Below are positions 9,587 through 18,620 of a stretch of DNA of 64,000 nt, piece by piece. The position numbers and the translations under genes were made by a program. The notes beneath the pieces are model-generated. The model was not told the DNA's origin, ran no database searches, and worked only from the letters and a program-made list of their open reading frames with translations. Every line of letters begins with the position of its first letter. Position 1 is the stretch's first letter. The DNA is from Bryobacterales bacterium (lineage in GTDB: Bacteria > Acidobacteriota > Terriglobia > Bryobacterales > UBA6623), in NCBI GenBank assembly GCA_963422375.2, contig OY729428.2:192001-256000 (forward strand), in the 5' to 3' direction.

Positions 9587-12500
9587 TTACCGCCCGACCT
9601 GGACGCCCGAACCGAACCCACGGGCCGCCGCCGGCGCGCCCGGAGCGAGTTCGGGCGCGCCGGGTCCGGACACGCGGCTCGATGCTCGGGCGCCCTCCCC
9701 GCGAACCAGCCATCTCGCAGCCGCCCGGAAGTCCTCGAGAATCACGTACAGGCACGGCACCAGCACCAGCGTCACGGCCGTCGCGAACAGCACGCCCGAG
9801 GCGAGGGCCACGCCCATCGGAACGAGGAACTGCGCCTGGAGGCTCTTCTCGAGAATCAGTGGCGTCACCCCGGCCGCGGTCGTCAGCGACGTGAGAAGGA
9901 TCGGCCGGAACCGCGCCTCTCCCGCGGCACGCACCGCCTCCTTCAGCGCTACTCGCTCGCGGGCGTAGCTGTTGATGAAGGTGACCAGCACGAGGCTATC
10001 GTTGACCACCACGCCGGCCAGCGCCACCATGCCGCACATCGAGAGGAAGCTGACCTGCAGGCCGAGGATCGCGTGCCCCCAGATGGCGCCCACCATCCCG
10101 AAGGGTATGGCGCTGAGGATGATCAGTGGCTTGACGTAGCTCTTCAGCGGGATCGCCAGCATCGCGAAGATCACGAACATGGCGATGGCGAAGCCCCGCG
10201 CCAGCCCTTCCATCGACTCGGCGAAGTCGGCCTCGTCCCCTTCGAAGGAGTAGGCGACGCCGGGGTATCCGGCCATCAGCTGCGGCAGGAACTCCGACTC
10301 CAAGGCCGCCGAGATCTCTCCGCCGGTCGTGATCGACTCGTCCACCTCGGCCTGCACGCTGACCGAGCGGCTGCGGTCGACCCGCGTGATGGCGGCCGGC
10401 CCCCGGCCCATGCTCGCGACCGCTACCGTCGAGAACGGCACCTCCGACCCGGACGGCGTGCGGATCCGCATCTGCTCGAGGTCCCCGAGCGAGCGGCGGT
10501 CCCGCTGCGGGTAGCGCACCATCACGCGGATGTCGTCCCGGCCGCGCTGGATGCGCTGCGCCTCCTCGCCGAAGAAGCCCTGGCGGACCTGCCGGCCCAG
10601 ATCCCGCATGGTCACGCCCATCGCCTCGCCTTCCGAGGTCAGCGCCAGCTTGATCTCCGGCTTGCCGGTGCGGTATGTGTCCGAGACGTCGATCACGCCC
10701 GGGTACTCGGCAATGCGAGCCTTGGTGATCTCCGCGACCCGCCGCACGGTGTCGAGGTCCAGGCCGCTGAACTGGAGGTCGATGGCCTTGCCGCCTCCGA
10801 TCATGTCGTGCGAGATCAGCAGCTCGACCGCGCCTGGAATCTGGCCCACCTTCTCGCGCCAACGGCCGGCGATCTCCGCCGCGCTCAGGCTGCGCAGCTC
10901 CGAGGGGAACAGCTCGACGTTGACCTCCCCCAGGTAGTCCCCCTGCGGATTCGCCACTCCGGCCGCAGGGCCGCCTTGGACCTCGCGAAACGGGTGCTCT
11001 CCGATCGAACGCAGGATGTGGACGAACTCGTCGCGCCCGATCTCGGCGGCGATCTCCTCGCGCAGCTCCAGCGCCGCGCGCTCGATGATGTCCACTCCGG
11101 CGCTGGTGACCTCCGCCGGCGCGTCCCTGGGCATCGTCAGGAAGGCGACGATGTTGTCGGAGTCGACCGTCGGGAACAGCACCATTCGCACCAGGCCGGC
11201 GCCGACGAGCCCCGCGGTGAAGAGCACGGAGAAGAGCGCCAGGGCGACGGTCAGGTACCGCCAGTCCAGGGCGGCCCGCAGCGTGGGACGGTAGATGCGC
11301 CGGACGAACAGCTCCAGCCCGCCGGAGAACAGGTTGAAGAATCCGTCCCATGCCCGCGCGGCCAAGGCGGTGCGCTTGCGCGGCCGCTTGTAGTGCGCCA
11401 GATGGCACGGCAGGATGAGATTCGACTCGACCAGCGAGAAGAACAGCACGGGCAGGATGATGAGCGGGAAGACGCCCGTGATCTTGCCCATGATGCCCGG
11501 CACGAACAGCATCGGCGAGAACGCGGCCATGGTGGTGAGGACGCCGAACGCGACGGGGATCAGCACCTCGTACGTCCCGCGAATCGCCGCGCTTGTCCGC
11601 TTGCCCGTTCTCTGCTGCGTCGTGAAGATGTTCTCGCCCACCACGATCGCGTCGTCGACCACGATGCCCAGCACGAGGATGAAGGCGAACAGCGACATCA
11701 TGTTGATCGAGACGTCGAACACCGGCATGGCCGCGATCGCGCCCAGGAACGAGATCGGAATGCCGATCGTGACCCAGAACGCCAGGCGCAGCCGCAGGAA
11801 CAGGGCGAGCACCGTGAAGACGAGCACCAGCCCGGTCATGGCGTTCCTGACGAGCAGGTCGATGCGGTCCTCGAGCAGGCGCGCGGAGTCCTGCCACGTG
11901 AACAACCCGATGCCCTCGGGCAAGGCGCCGGCCGCGCGCTCGACGTAGGCATGCACGGCTTGCGCCACCTCCACCGCGTTCTGATCGCCGACCCGGTACA
12001 CCTGGATCATCACGGCGGGCCTTCCGTCGAATTCGGCGCTCACCGCGAGGTCCTCGAAACCGTCCACCACGGTCGCGACGTCCCGCAAGTAGATCCGCGT
12101 CCCGTCGGGGCGGGCCAGCAGGGGCAGGCCCTCGAACTCATCGCCGGTGTACGCCTGCCCCTTCGTGCGGAACAGGATCTCGCCGTTCTCGGTCTTGACC
12201 GACCCGCCGGGCAGGTCGACCGAGAACTGCCGCACGGCGGCGGCGATGCGGTCGAAGGTGAGGCCCCACCGCCGCAGAGCGTCCTCGGACACCTCGATCG
12301 AGATCTCGTACGGCGGCGCGTTCAGCAGCTCCGCCTGGGAGACCTCGGGCAGCGTGACGATCTCGTCCCGCACGCGCTCGCCGATCCGCTTCAGCGTGCC
12401 CAGGCTCGTGTCCCCGGCGACGGCCACGTTGATGACCTGGAAGCGGGTCACGACCTCCTGCACCACGGGCTTCTCGACCTCGGCGGGAAACGTGTCGATG

Positions 12501-12844
12501 GCGTCGATCTTGGCCTTGACGTCCTCCAGCACCCGCCTCACGTCGTACGCGGACAGGACCTCGACGATGATCGAGCCCGCACCCTCGCTAGCCGTGGAAG
12601 TGATCCTCTTGACGCCGTCCACGCCCTGCAGCGCTTCCTCGACGCGCACGCAGACGCCTTCCTCGACCTCCTCCGGGGCCGCTCCCCGGTACTCGACGCC
12701 GACGGTGATGATCTCGAGCGAGAACTCCGGGAACACTTCCTGCTTCAGGTCGGCAAGAGTGATCAGGCCGGAGGCGACGATGATCACGAGCAGGAGGTTC
12801 GCGACGACCCTGTTCCGCGCGAACCAGGCGATCATGCCCTTCAT
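9587..12844 (-). CDS. RND efflux permease (AcrB/AcrD/AcrF family)
   Basis: 1085 aa; MIAWFARNRVVANLL, GAAPEEVEE, GIVVDDAIVVGENI, RFRPILLTSLTT; two TM blocks. Confidence 0.95.
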   Translation of the reverse strand: MKGMIAWFARNRVVANLLLVIIVASGLITLADLKQEVFPEFSLEIITVGVEYRGAAPEEVEEGVCVRVEEALQGVDGVKRITSTASEGAGSIIVEVLSAYDVRRVLEDVKAKIDAIDTFPAEVEKPVVQEVVTRFQVINVAVAGDTSLGTLKRIGERVRDEIVTLPEVSQAELLNAPPYEISIEVSEDALRRWGLTFDRIAAAVRQFSVDLPGGSVKTENGEILFRTKGQAYTGDEFEGLPLLARPDGTRIYLRDVATVVDGFEDLAVSAEFDGRPAVMIQVYRVGDQNAVEVAQAVHAYVERAAGALPEGIGLFTWQDSARLLEDRIDLLVRNAMTGLVLVFTVLALFLRLRLAFWVTIGIPISFLGAIAAMPVFDVSINMMSLFAFILVLGIVVDDAIVVGENIFTTQQRTGKRTSAAIRGTYEVLIPVAFGVLTTMAAFSPMLFVPGIMGKITGVFPLIILPVLFFSLVESNLILPCHLAHYKRPRKRTALAARAWDGFFNLFSGGLELFVRRIYRPTLRAALDWRYLTVALALFSVLFTAGLVGAGLVRMVLFPTVDSDNIVAFLTMPRDAPAEVTSAGVDIIERAALELREEIAAEIGRDEFVHILRSIGEHPFREVQGGPAAGVANPQGDYLGEVNVELFPSELRSLSAAEIAGRWREKVGQIPGAVELLISHDMIGGGKAIDLQFSGLDLDTVRRVAEITKARIAEYPGVIDVSDTYRTGKPEIKLALTSEGEAMGVTMRDLGRQVRQGFFGEEAQRIQRGRDDIRVMVRYPQRDRRSLGDLEQMRIRTPSGSEVPFSTVAVASMGRGPAAITRVDRSRSVSVQAEVDESITTGGEISAALESEFLPQLMAGYPGVAYSFEGDEADFAESMEGLARGFAIAMFVIFAMLAIPLKSYVKPLIILSAIPFGMVGAIWGHAILGLQVSFLSMCGMVALAGVVVNDSLVLVTFINSYARERVALKEAVRAAGEARFRPILLTSLTTAAGVTPLILEKSLQAQFLVPMGVALASGVLFATAVTLVLVPCLYVILEDFRAAARWLVRGEGARASSRVSGPGAPELAPGAPAAARGFGSGVQVGR

Positions 12845-14037
12845 GCGGCGCGCCCTTCCGCGGCGACCGCCTCGGTGGCCCGCACGGCCATGCCGTCGAC
12901 CGCCGTGCCGATGGGGGAGACGCAGATCCGCTCGCCCTCCCGGATCCCGTCCCGGATCAGCACGGAGTCGCGCTCCCGGCGCAGGACGTCGACCTGGCGG
13001 AAGCGCAGCCGGCCGCCGCTATCGACCACCCAGACGACATCCCCGTCGCGCAGGGCGCTGCGCGGGGCGCGGATCACGCCCGGCACCAGAATCCCCTGGA
13101 TCTCCGCCTGGACGAACATGCCGACGGCCAGCGGGGGCCGGTCGGAGTCGCGCCCGCGCGCGTAAGGATCCCGCACCTGCGCGATCGCGTTGACCATCCG
13201 CGTGCGGGGATCGATCTCGCCCTCGGTGCGCACGATGCGACCCCGCCACGAGTGCTCCCGTCCGGCGAAGCGGGCGGTGAGGCTGACCGCCGGGCCCTCG
13301 GCGGACGACTCCTCGTCGCGGTAGGCCAGCGGCAGCCGGCAGTACTCCAGCTCGGCGTTCGGAATCGGCAGCCTCACCTCCGCCACGTCCACGGCGTAGA
13401 GCGTCGCGGCGACCGCGCCGCGCTGCACGAACTGGCCCACGTCGACCTGCTTCGACCGGACGCGGCCGTCGAAGGGGGCGCGCAGGACCGTACGCTCCAA
13501 GTCGTACTCGGCCTGCTCCAAGGATGCCTCCAAGGCACCCAAGCTCGACCGCAGCTCGGCGATCTGCGGCTCGCGGAACAGCAGCGGCGACGGCTCGCCT
13601 GTCCCGAGCGCCTCCCACTCCCGGCGCGCCAAGGCGGATTCCTCCTGCTCGGTCTGCAGGCGCAGCCCGGCCTGCTCGATGGCGGCCTTGGCCCGGGTGA
13701 TGGCCAGCTCGTACTCCCGCGGATCGATCCTGAGCAGGACGTCCCCGGCGTCGAAGAACCCGCCGGCCGCCAGGGAGGGCGACACCTTCACGACCCGGCC
13801 CGAGACCTCGGGCACCAGCTGGCTCTCCGTGCGCGGCGCGACAGTTCCCTCGGCCTGCACCGTCAGGCGCAGGGACGTGCGCTCGGCCTGTATGACGTTC
13901 ACGAGCGGGGGCTGGACGACCGCGTCGACGCGCTGCGGCTCCTCGTAGGATTCCACGAGCGTCTTGGCGGTCCAGCCGCCGACAGCCAGCACGAAGACCG
14001 GCAGCAGCACTCTCAGAGCGAGTCGAAGTCTGTGCAT
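12841..14037 (-). CDS. RND periplasmic adaptor (MFP)
   Basis: N-terminal anchor, PEVSGRVV lipoyl half, coiled coil, LRAPFDGRV...VGQFV, PLAVGMFV; 4-nt overlap with the permease gene. Confidence 0.93.
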   Translation of the reverse strand: MHRLRLALRVLLPVFVLAVGGWTAKTLVESYEEPQRVDAVVQPPLVNVIQAERTSLRLTVQAEGTVAPRTESQLVPEVSGRVVKVSPSLAAGGFFDAGDVLLRIDPREYELAITRAKAAIEQAGLRLQTEQEESALARREWEALGTGEPSPLLFREPQIAELRSSLGALEASLEQAEYDLERTVLRAPFDGRVRSKQVDVGQFVQRGAVAATLYAVDVAEVRLPIPNAELEYCRLPLAYRDEESSAEGPAVSLTARFAGREHSWRGRIVRTEGEIDPRTRMVNAIAQVRDPYARGRDSDRPPLAVGMFVQAEIQGILVPGVIRAPRSALRDGDVVWVVDSGGRLRFRQVDVLRRERDSVLIRDGIREGERICVSPIGTAVDGMAVRATEAVAAEGRAA

Positions 14038-14046
14038 GGGCCTCTC

Positions 14047-15492
14047 CTATTGATCCCTCGGGGCCGGAGCCGGGCAGCAGGAGGCGCCGACTCCGGCCTC
14101 GAAGCCGCCTCCCAGAGCGAGGTGCAGCTCGACGCGGTTGTCGACTTGCGCGCGCCGCAGCGCCAAGATCGCGCTCCGCGTCTCGAGGGCGGTCTGGCGC
14201 AGGCCGAGCACCGCGAAGACGTCCCCCATCCCGGCGGCGTAGCGGCTCTCCGCGAGCGCGGCCGCCTCGTCGGTGATGCGCCGCGAGTCCGCCAGGGCCG
14301 ACCGCTGCTCGCGCAGAGCCGCCTCCGAGGCCAAGGCGCTCTCGACCTCCAGGTACGCGGTCCAGATGCGGCTCTCGTAGTCGGCCGCGGCGGAGCGCGC
14401 GAGCGCCCGCGCGGAGCGCACCCCGGCCCGCAGGCGCCCGCGGCTGAAGACGGGCTCCGCCAAGCCCAAGGCGAGGCTCCAGACCCGCAGTCCGGGATTC
14501 ACCAGGTCGAGCAGGGTGTTGCTCGAGGTGCCCAGGCTGGAGGTCAGCGAGAAGCCCGGCCGCAGCGCGGCCTTCGACTGCACGGTGCGGGCGTCCGCGG
14601 CGAGCAGCCCCTGTTCGGCGGCGACCATGTCGGGCCGGCGGCGCACTAGGTCCGACGGAAGGCCGGCCGGCACGCGGTCCGGCAGATCGACCAGCGCGGG
14701 GCTCGGGGCGAGCTTGCCGGCCGGGTACTCGCAGGCGAGGACCTCGACCTGGCGGACGAAGAGATCGCGCTGGCGCTCGCGCTCCTTAAGGGAGGACCTG
14801 GCCCGCGCCACGTTGCCGTCCGCGACCCGCACGTCAACGGGCGACCGCGAGCCGAAGCGGTACCGTTCCCGCGTGCGTTCGGAGACGGTCTCCAGGTGCT
14901 CGACCGTCGCTTCGGCGAGAGCGACCTGCCCCTGCGCCTCGACCGCGGCGAACCAGGCCTTGGCCACCTGACCGCTGAGCGAGAGCCGGGCGGCCGCCAG
15001 GTCGGCCGCCCGCGCGGCCACGCCGGCGTCGGCCTCGACCTTCCGCGCGGCGACCCGCTGCCAGAGATCCGCCTCCCACGAGAGGTTCAGCGTCAGGCCC
15101 GCCGTGCCGAAGGTATTGCTGAGCACCCGGTCCTTCAGGCCGGGGAACGGGAGGCCCACGAAGTTCTGGCGCTGGCGGAGCCGGTTAATGCCGACCCCGA
15201 CCTCGGGCCAGGCGGTGGCCCCCGCGATCCGCCGCTCCTCGACGGCCGCTTCGATTCGCGCGAGGGCGGATCGCAGCGTGCGGCTGCAATCCAAGGCGCT
15301 GCGGACCGCCGCGTCAAGGCCGGGATCGCCGAAGTAGGCCCACCAGTCAGAGGCCGGCTGGGCGCGGTCGGCGACGGCCCCGCTCCAGCTCTCGGGCACG
15401 GGCACCTGTAACTGGCGCTCGGGCAGGGAAACGGGCCGCGAGCAGGCCGCCGCGAGGGCGGCGGCCGCGGCGACTGCGACTGTTATGCGCAT
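14047..15492 (-). CDS. Outer-membrane efflux lipoprotein (NodT/TolC family)
   Basis: Lipobox LAAAC; DWWAYFGDPGLDA, SWEADLW, PAGLPSDLVRRRPD, LHLALGGG. Confidence 0.93.
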   Translation of the reverse strand: MRITVAVAAAAALAAACSRPVSLPERQLQVPVPESWSGAVADRAQPASDWWAYFGDPGLDAAVRSALDCSRTLRSALARIEAAVEERRIAGATAWPEVGVGINRLRQRQNFVGLPFPGLKDRVLSNTFGTAGLTLNLSWEADLWQRVAARKVEADAGVAARAADLAAARLSLSGQVAKAWFAAVEAQGQVALAEATVEHLETVSERTRERYRFGSRSPVDVRVADGNVARARSSLKERERQRDLFVRQVEVLACEYPAGKLAPSPALVDLPDRVPAGLPSDLVRRRPDMVAAEQGLLAADARTVQSKAALRPGFSLTSSLGTSSNTLLDLVNPGLRVWSLALGLAEPVFSRGRLRAGVRSARALARSAAADYESRIWTAYLEVESALASEAALREQRSALADSRRITDEAAALAESRYAAGMGDVFAVLGLRQTALETRSAILALRRAQVDNRVELHLALGGGFEAGVGASCCPAPAPRDQ

Positions 15493-15495
15493 GAG

Positions 15496-16164
15496 CTAGG
15501 CGTCCTCGGGAGGGCGGTCCGCGGCGCCCCGCGGGTCGGGCTCGGGGCCCGCTCGCATGCCCGCGGCCACGAATCGCACCATCGCGCCGAGCGTGGCCTC
15601 CGTGTCGGAGGGATCGCAGGAGCCGGCGGTCCAGCGGCGGGTGCGATCGGAATCGAGCATGGTGTGGACCATCACGCCCAGCGCGAAGTGCATGCGCCGC
15701 CGCAGGTCCGCTGGCGACAGGCTTGGGAGCGCGCGCCGGAACGCGCTCTCGAAGCGGACCAAGACCTCGCCGTACTCGCGCTCGAAGTCCGCCTCCAAGT
15801 ACTGCACCGGCTCGGAATAGAAGCGCGCGCACAACCGCAGGAAGCGCCGCCCGGCCCGCGGCTCGCGGGCCAGCGCCAGCGCGGGGGCGTACAGCGACTC
15901 GAGAACCTCCTCCACCCGCAGGTCCGCGCAGGCCTCGGCCCTGTCGAGCATCCCGATCCGCTCCGCGTTGACCGGCCGGACCCGGCGCTGGAACACCGCA
16001 CGGACCACCGCCTCCTTCGATCCGAAGTGGTAGTGGACCGAGGCCAGGTTGACCCCGGCCTCCTTGGTCAGCAGGCGCAGGGACACGCCGTCCACGCCCC
16101 TCTCGCTGAAGAGCGCCTCGGCGGCATCGAGAATCGAGGCCTTGGTTGCGTCGGCGTGCTGCAT
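15496..16164 (-). CDS. TetR-family regulator (PsrA-like C-terminus)
   Basis: TKASILDAAEALFSERG...SLRLLTKEAGVNLASVHYHFGSKE HTH; first gene of the efflux operon. Confidence 0.92.
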   Translation of the reverse strand: MQHADATKASILDAAEALFSERGVDGVSLRLLTKEAGVNLASVHYHFGSKEAVVRAVFQRRVRPVNAERIGMLDRAEACADLRVEEVLESLYAPALALAREPRAGRRFLRLCARFYSEPVQYLEADFEREYGEVLVRFESAFRRALPSLSPADLRRRMHFALGVMVHTMLDSDRTRRWTAGSCDPSDTEATLGAMVRFVAAGMRAGPEPDPRGAADRPPEDA

Positions 16165-16168
16165 GCCC

Positions 16169-16217
16169 TGATTCAAACGTTTGATTGAATCATAAGGCCG
16201 GCCCGGCGCGTTGTCAA
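16169..16217 (-). promoter_or_regulatory. Sigma70 promoter and probable TetR operator of the TetR-RND operon
   Basis: On the minus strand: TTGACA (16217-16212), 17 bp spacer, TATGAT (16194-16189). Just downstream is the palindrome TCAAACGTTTGA (16173-16184), inside a TGATTCAA...TTGAATCA inverted repeat. Confidence 0.8.
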
Positions 16218-16259
16218 ACGGCCGACCGCCATATGCTGGGGAAAGGGGGCGCAGGAGGG

Positions 16260-17105
16260 ATGGACGGCAGGATTTCCGAAGCGCTCGCGGCGGAGCGGCC
16301 CTTCGCGATATGCGGGCCTTGCGTGATCGAGTCCCTCGGCCACGCCCTCATGGTCGGGCGGGCCGTGGCCGCGGCCGCCGAGGCCACGGGCGTGGCCGCG
16401 GTGTTCAAGGCTTCGTTCGACAAGGCGAACCGCACCAGCGAGTCCTCCTACCGCGGGCCCGGCCTGCGGCCGGGACTGGAGATCCTGGCCGAGGTCCGTC
16501 GCGAGACCGGGCTGCCGGTCCTGACGGACATTCACGAGCCCGCCCAGGCCGAAATCGCCGCCGAGACGTGCGACGTGCTGCAGGTTCCGGCCTTCCTGTG
16601 CCGCCAGACGGACCTGCTCCGGGCGGCGGGCGGCACCGGGCGGCACGTCAACATCAAGAAGGGGCAGTTTCTCGCCCCGGACGACATGCGTCACGCCGCC
16701 GACAAGGTCGCCGCCACGGGCAACGACCGGATCGTGCTGACCGAGCGCGGCACCAGCTTCGGCTACCGCAACCTCGTCGTCGATTTCCGGGGCGTGGCGC
16801 TCCTGCGCGGTCTCGGCTACCCGGTCGTGCTCGACGTGACGCACAGCCTGCAGCTGCCCGGCGCGGCGGGCGGGTCCAGCGGCGGGCAGCCCGAGTACAT
16901 CGCCGACCTGGCCCGCGCGGGGGCGGCCTGCGGGGTCGACGGGCTCTTCCTCGAGGTCCACGAGGAGCCGCGCCGCGCCCTGTCGGACGGCTCGACCGCG
17001 CTGCGCCTGGACGCGCTGCGCGGCCTGCTGGCCGAGACGGCGGCCATCCGGCGCTTGGTCGCCTCGTTCGGCGACGGGGGATCCGCCCGCCGCGGGATCA
17101 CTTGA
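16260..17105 (+). CDS. kdsA: 3-deoxy-8-phosphooctulonate (KDO8P) synthase
   Basis: GPCVIES, FKASFDKANRTS, LTDIHE, PAFLCRQTDLL, NIKKGQF, TERGTSFGY, DVTHSLQ; SD GGAGG before ATG 16260. Confidence 0.96.
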   Translation: MDGRISEALAAERPFAICGPCVIESLGHALMVGRAVAAAAEATGVAAVFKASFDKANRTSESSYRGPGLRPGLEILAEVRRETGLPVLTDIHEPAQAEIAAETCDVLQVPAFLCRQTDLLRAAGGTGRHVNIKKGQFLAPDDMRHAADKVAATGNDRIVLTERGTSFGYRNLVVDFRGVALLRGLGYPVVLDVTHSLQLPGAAGGSSGGQPEYIADLARAGAACGVDGLFLEVHEEPRRALSDGSTALRLDALRGLLAETAAIRRLVASFGDGGSARRGIT

Positions 17106-17817
17106 GGCCGAGGCCCCCGTCCACGGCCAGCACCTGCCCGGTGACGAACGCGGGCCCCTCGAGCAGCAGGCGCACCGCCTGCGCGATCTCCTCGCCCGTG
17201 CCGTGCCGGCGCATGGGCGTGACGCGCACCAGGCGGGCGATCTCCTCGGGCATCTCCGGGCCGAAGTGGACGACGCCCGGGGCCACGGCGTTGACTGCGA
17301 TATCGGGGGCCCAGGCCTTCGCGAGCGCCTGCGTCAGCATCACCACGCCGGCCTTCGACACGCAGTAGGGCACGTGCCCGCCCCAGGGGCGGAGGCCTCC
17401 GAGCGAGCCGATGTTGACGATCCGGCCCCCGCCGGACCGCAGCATGAGCCGGGCCGCCTGCTGGCAGCAGAAGAACGCGCCCTTGAGATTGACCTCGTGC
17501 ATCGCGTCCCAGTCCCTCTCGGTGGCCTCGAGCGGGTCTACGGCCCGGAAGACGGCGGCGTTGTTGACGAGGCCGTCCAGCCGGCCGCCCCACCGCGCGA
17601 TCTGGTCGAACAGGCGCCGGATCTGCTCGACGCGAGCGAGGTCGGCGCGGAAGGCCCGGCCGCCGCAGCGGGCGGCCGTGTCCCGCGCCTCGGCCCCGGA
17701 ACTGCGGTAATGGACGGCGACGCGCGCGCCGCGAGCGGCGAGCTCCAAGGCGACGCAACGTCCGATCCGCTTGGCCGCGCCGGTAACGGCCACAACCTTG
17801 CCGCGGAGGTCGTCCAT
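17098..17817 (-). CDS. SDR oxidoreductase, pteridine-reductase-like
   Basis: TGAAKRIG, VHYRSS, LVNNAA, YCVSKA, VNAVAPG, VTGQVLAVDGG. Confidence 0.9.
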   Translation of the reverse strand: MDDLRGKVVAVTGAAKRIGRCVALELAARGARVAVHYRSSGAEARDTAARCGGRAFRADLARVEQIRRLFDQIARWGGRLDGLVNNAAVFRAVDPLEATERDWDAMHEVNLKGAFFCCQQAARLMLRSGGGRIVNIGSLGGLRPWGGHVPYCVSKAGVVMLTQALAKAWAPDIAVNAVAPGVVHFGPEMPEEIARLVRVTPMRRHGTGEEIAQAVRLLLEGPAFVTGQVLAVDGGLGLK

Positions 17818-17927
17818 GCGCACGCCCGGGCGGCGCGGGCGGCGTCGCCAACCTACCGTATTACGATAGCGCTACAGCCCTTATCGCCCGGGCCCGCGAC
17901 GCCGCTCCCCGCCGTCGCCACTATTCG

Positions 17928-18533
17928 ATGCACAAGTACATCATGATCGGCCCGCAGGGCGCGGGCAAGGGCACGCAGTCCAAGCTGCTGGCCGAGAAAT
18001 TCGGCTTCGTGCATATCTCCATCGGCGAGATTTTCCGATGGAACGTCAGCAACCACACCAAGCTCGGCTCGCGGGTCACGCGCATCACCCAGGAGGGACG
18101 CCTCGTGTCGGACGAGGTGGTGGAGAAAGTCGTACAGGACCGGCTCGGAATGCACGACTGGAGGTACGGATTCGTCCTCGACGGCTTCCCGCGCACCTCC
18201 GTCCAGGCCATGTACCTCTTCGAGAACTGGAATCTCGACCGCGCGATCTATCTGGATCTCGACGACGAGACGGTGCGGCGCCGGGTGCTAGCGAGGGCGC
18301 GCGCGGGGGAGGGCGGAGGCTTCACGAAGCGCTCGGACGACAACCCCGAAGCGCTGCGGCGAAGGCTGGTCGAGTACCACGAGAAGACGCGACCGCTGCT
18401 GGCCCTATTCGCGGAGCGCGGCATGCTGCTGCGGGTCGACGCGGGCCGTCCGATCCCGGACGTGTTCGACGAGGTGGTGCGGGGCCTGGGCTTGAGCGAG
18501 GGGGCGGCGCAGATGCCCGGGCTCTCCCAGTAG
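17928..18533 (+). CDS. adk: Adenylate kinase (short LID, no Zn motif)
   Basis: GPQGAGKGTQS P-loop, HISIGEIFR, GRLVSDE, FVLDGFPRT, RSDD, RRLVEY. Confidence 0.9.
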   Translation: MHKYIMIGPQGAGKGTQSKLLAEKFGFVHISIGEIFRWNVSNHTKLGSRVTRITQEGRLVSDEVVEKVVQDRLGMHDWRYGFVLDGFPRTSVQAMYLFENWNLDRAIYLDLDDETVRRRVLARARAGEGGGFTKRSDDNPEALRRRLVEYHEKTRPLLALFAERGMLLRVDAGRPIPDVFDEVVRGLGLSEGAAQMPGLSQ

Positions 18534-18620
18534 CGGCGGCGCGCCTCGCTATATTGGGGCCATTCTCCCTCTCCCCGGGGCCTCCAGCCCCCGAGCGGCC
18601 GACCGACTACGCAGAGACGA

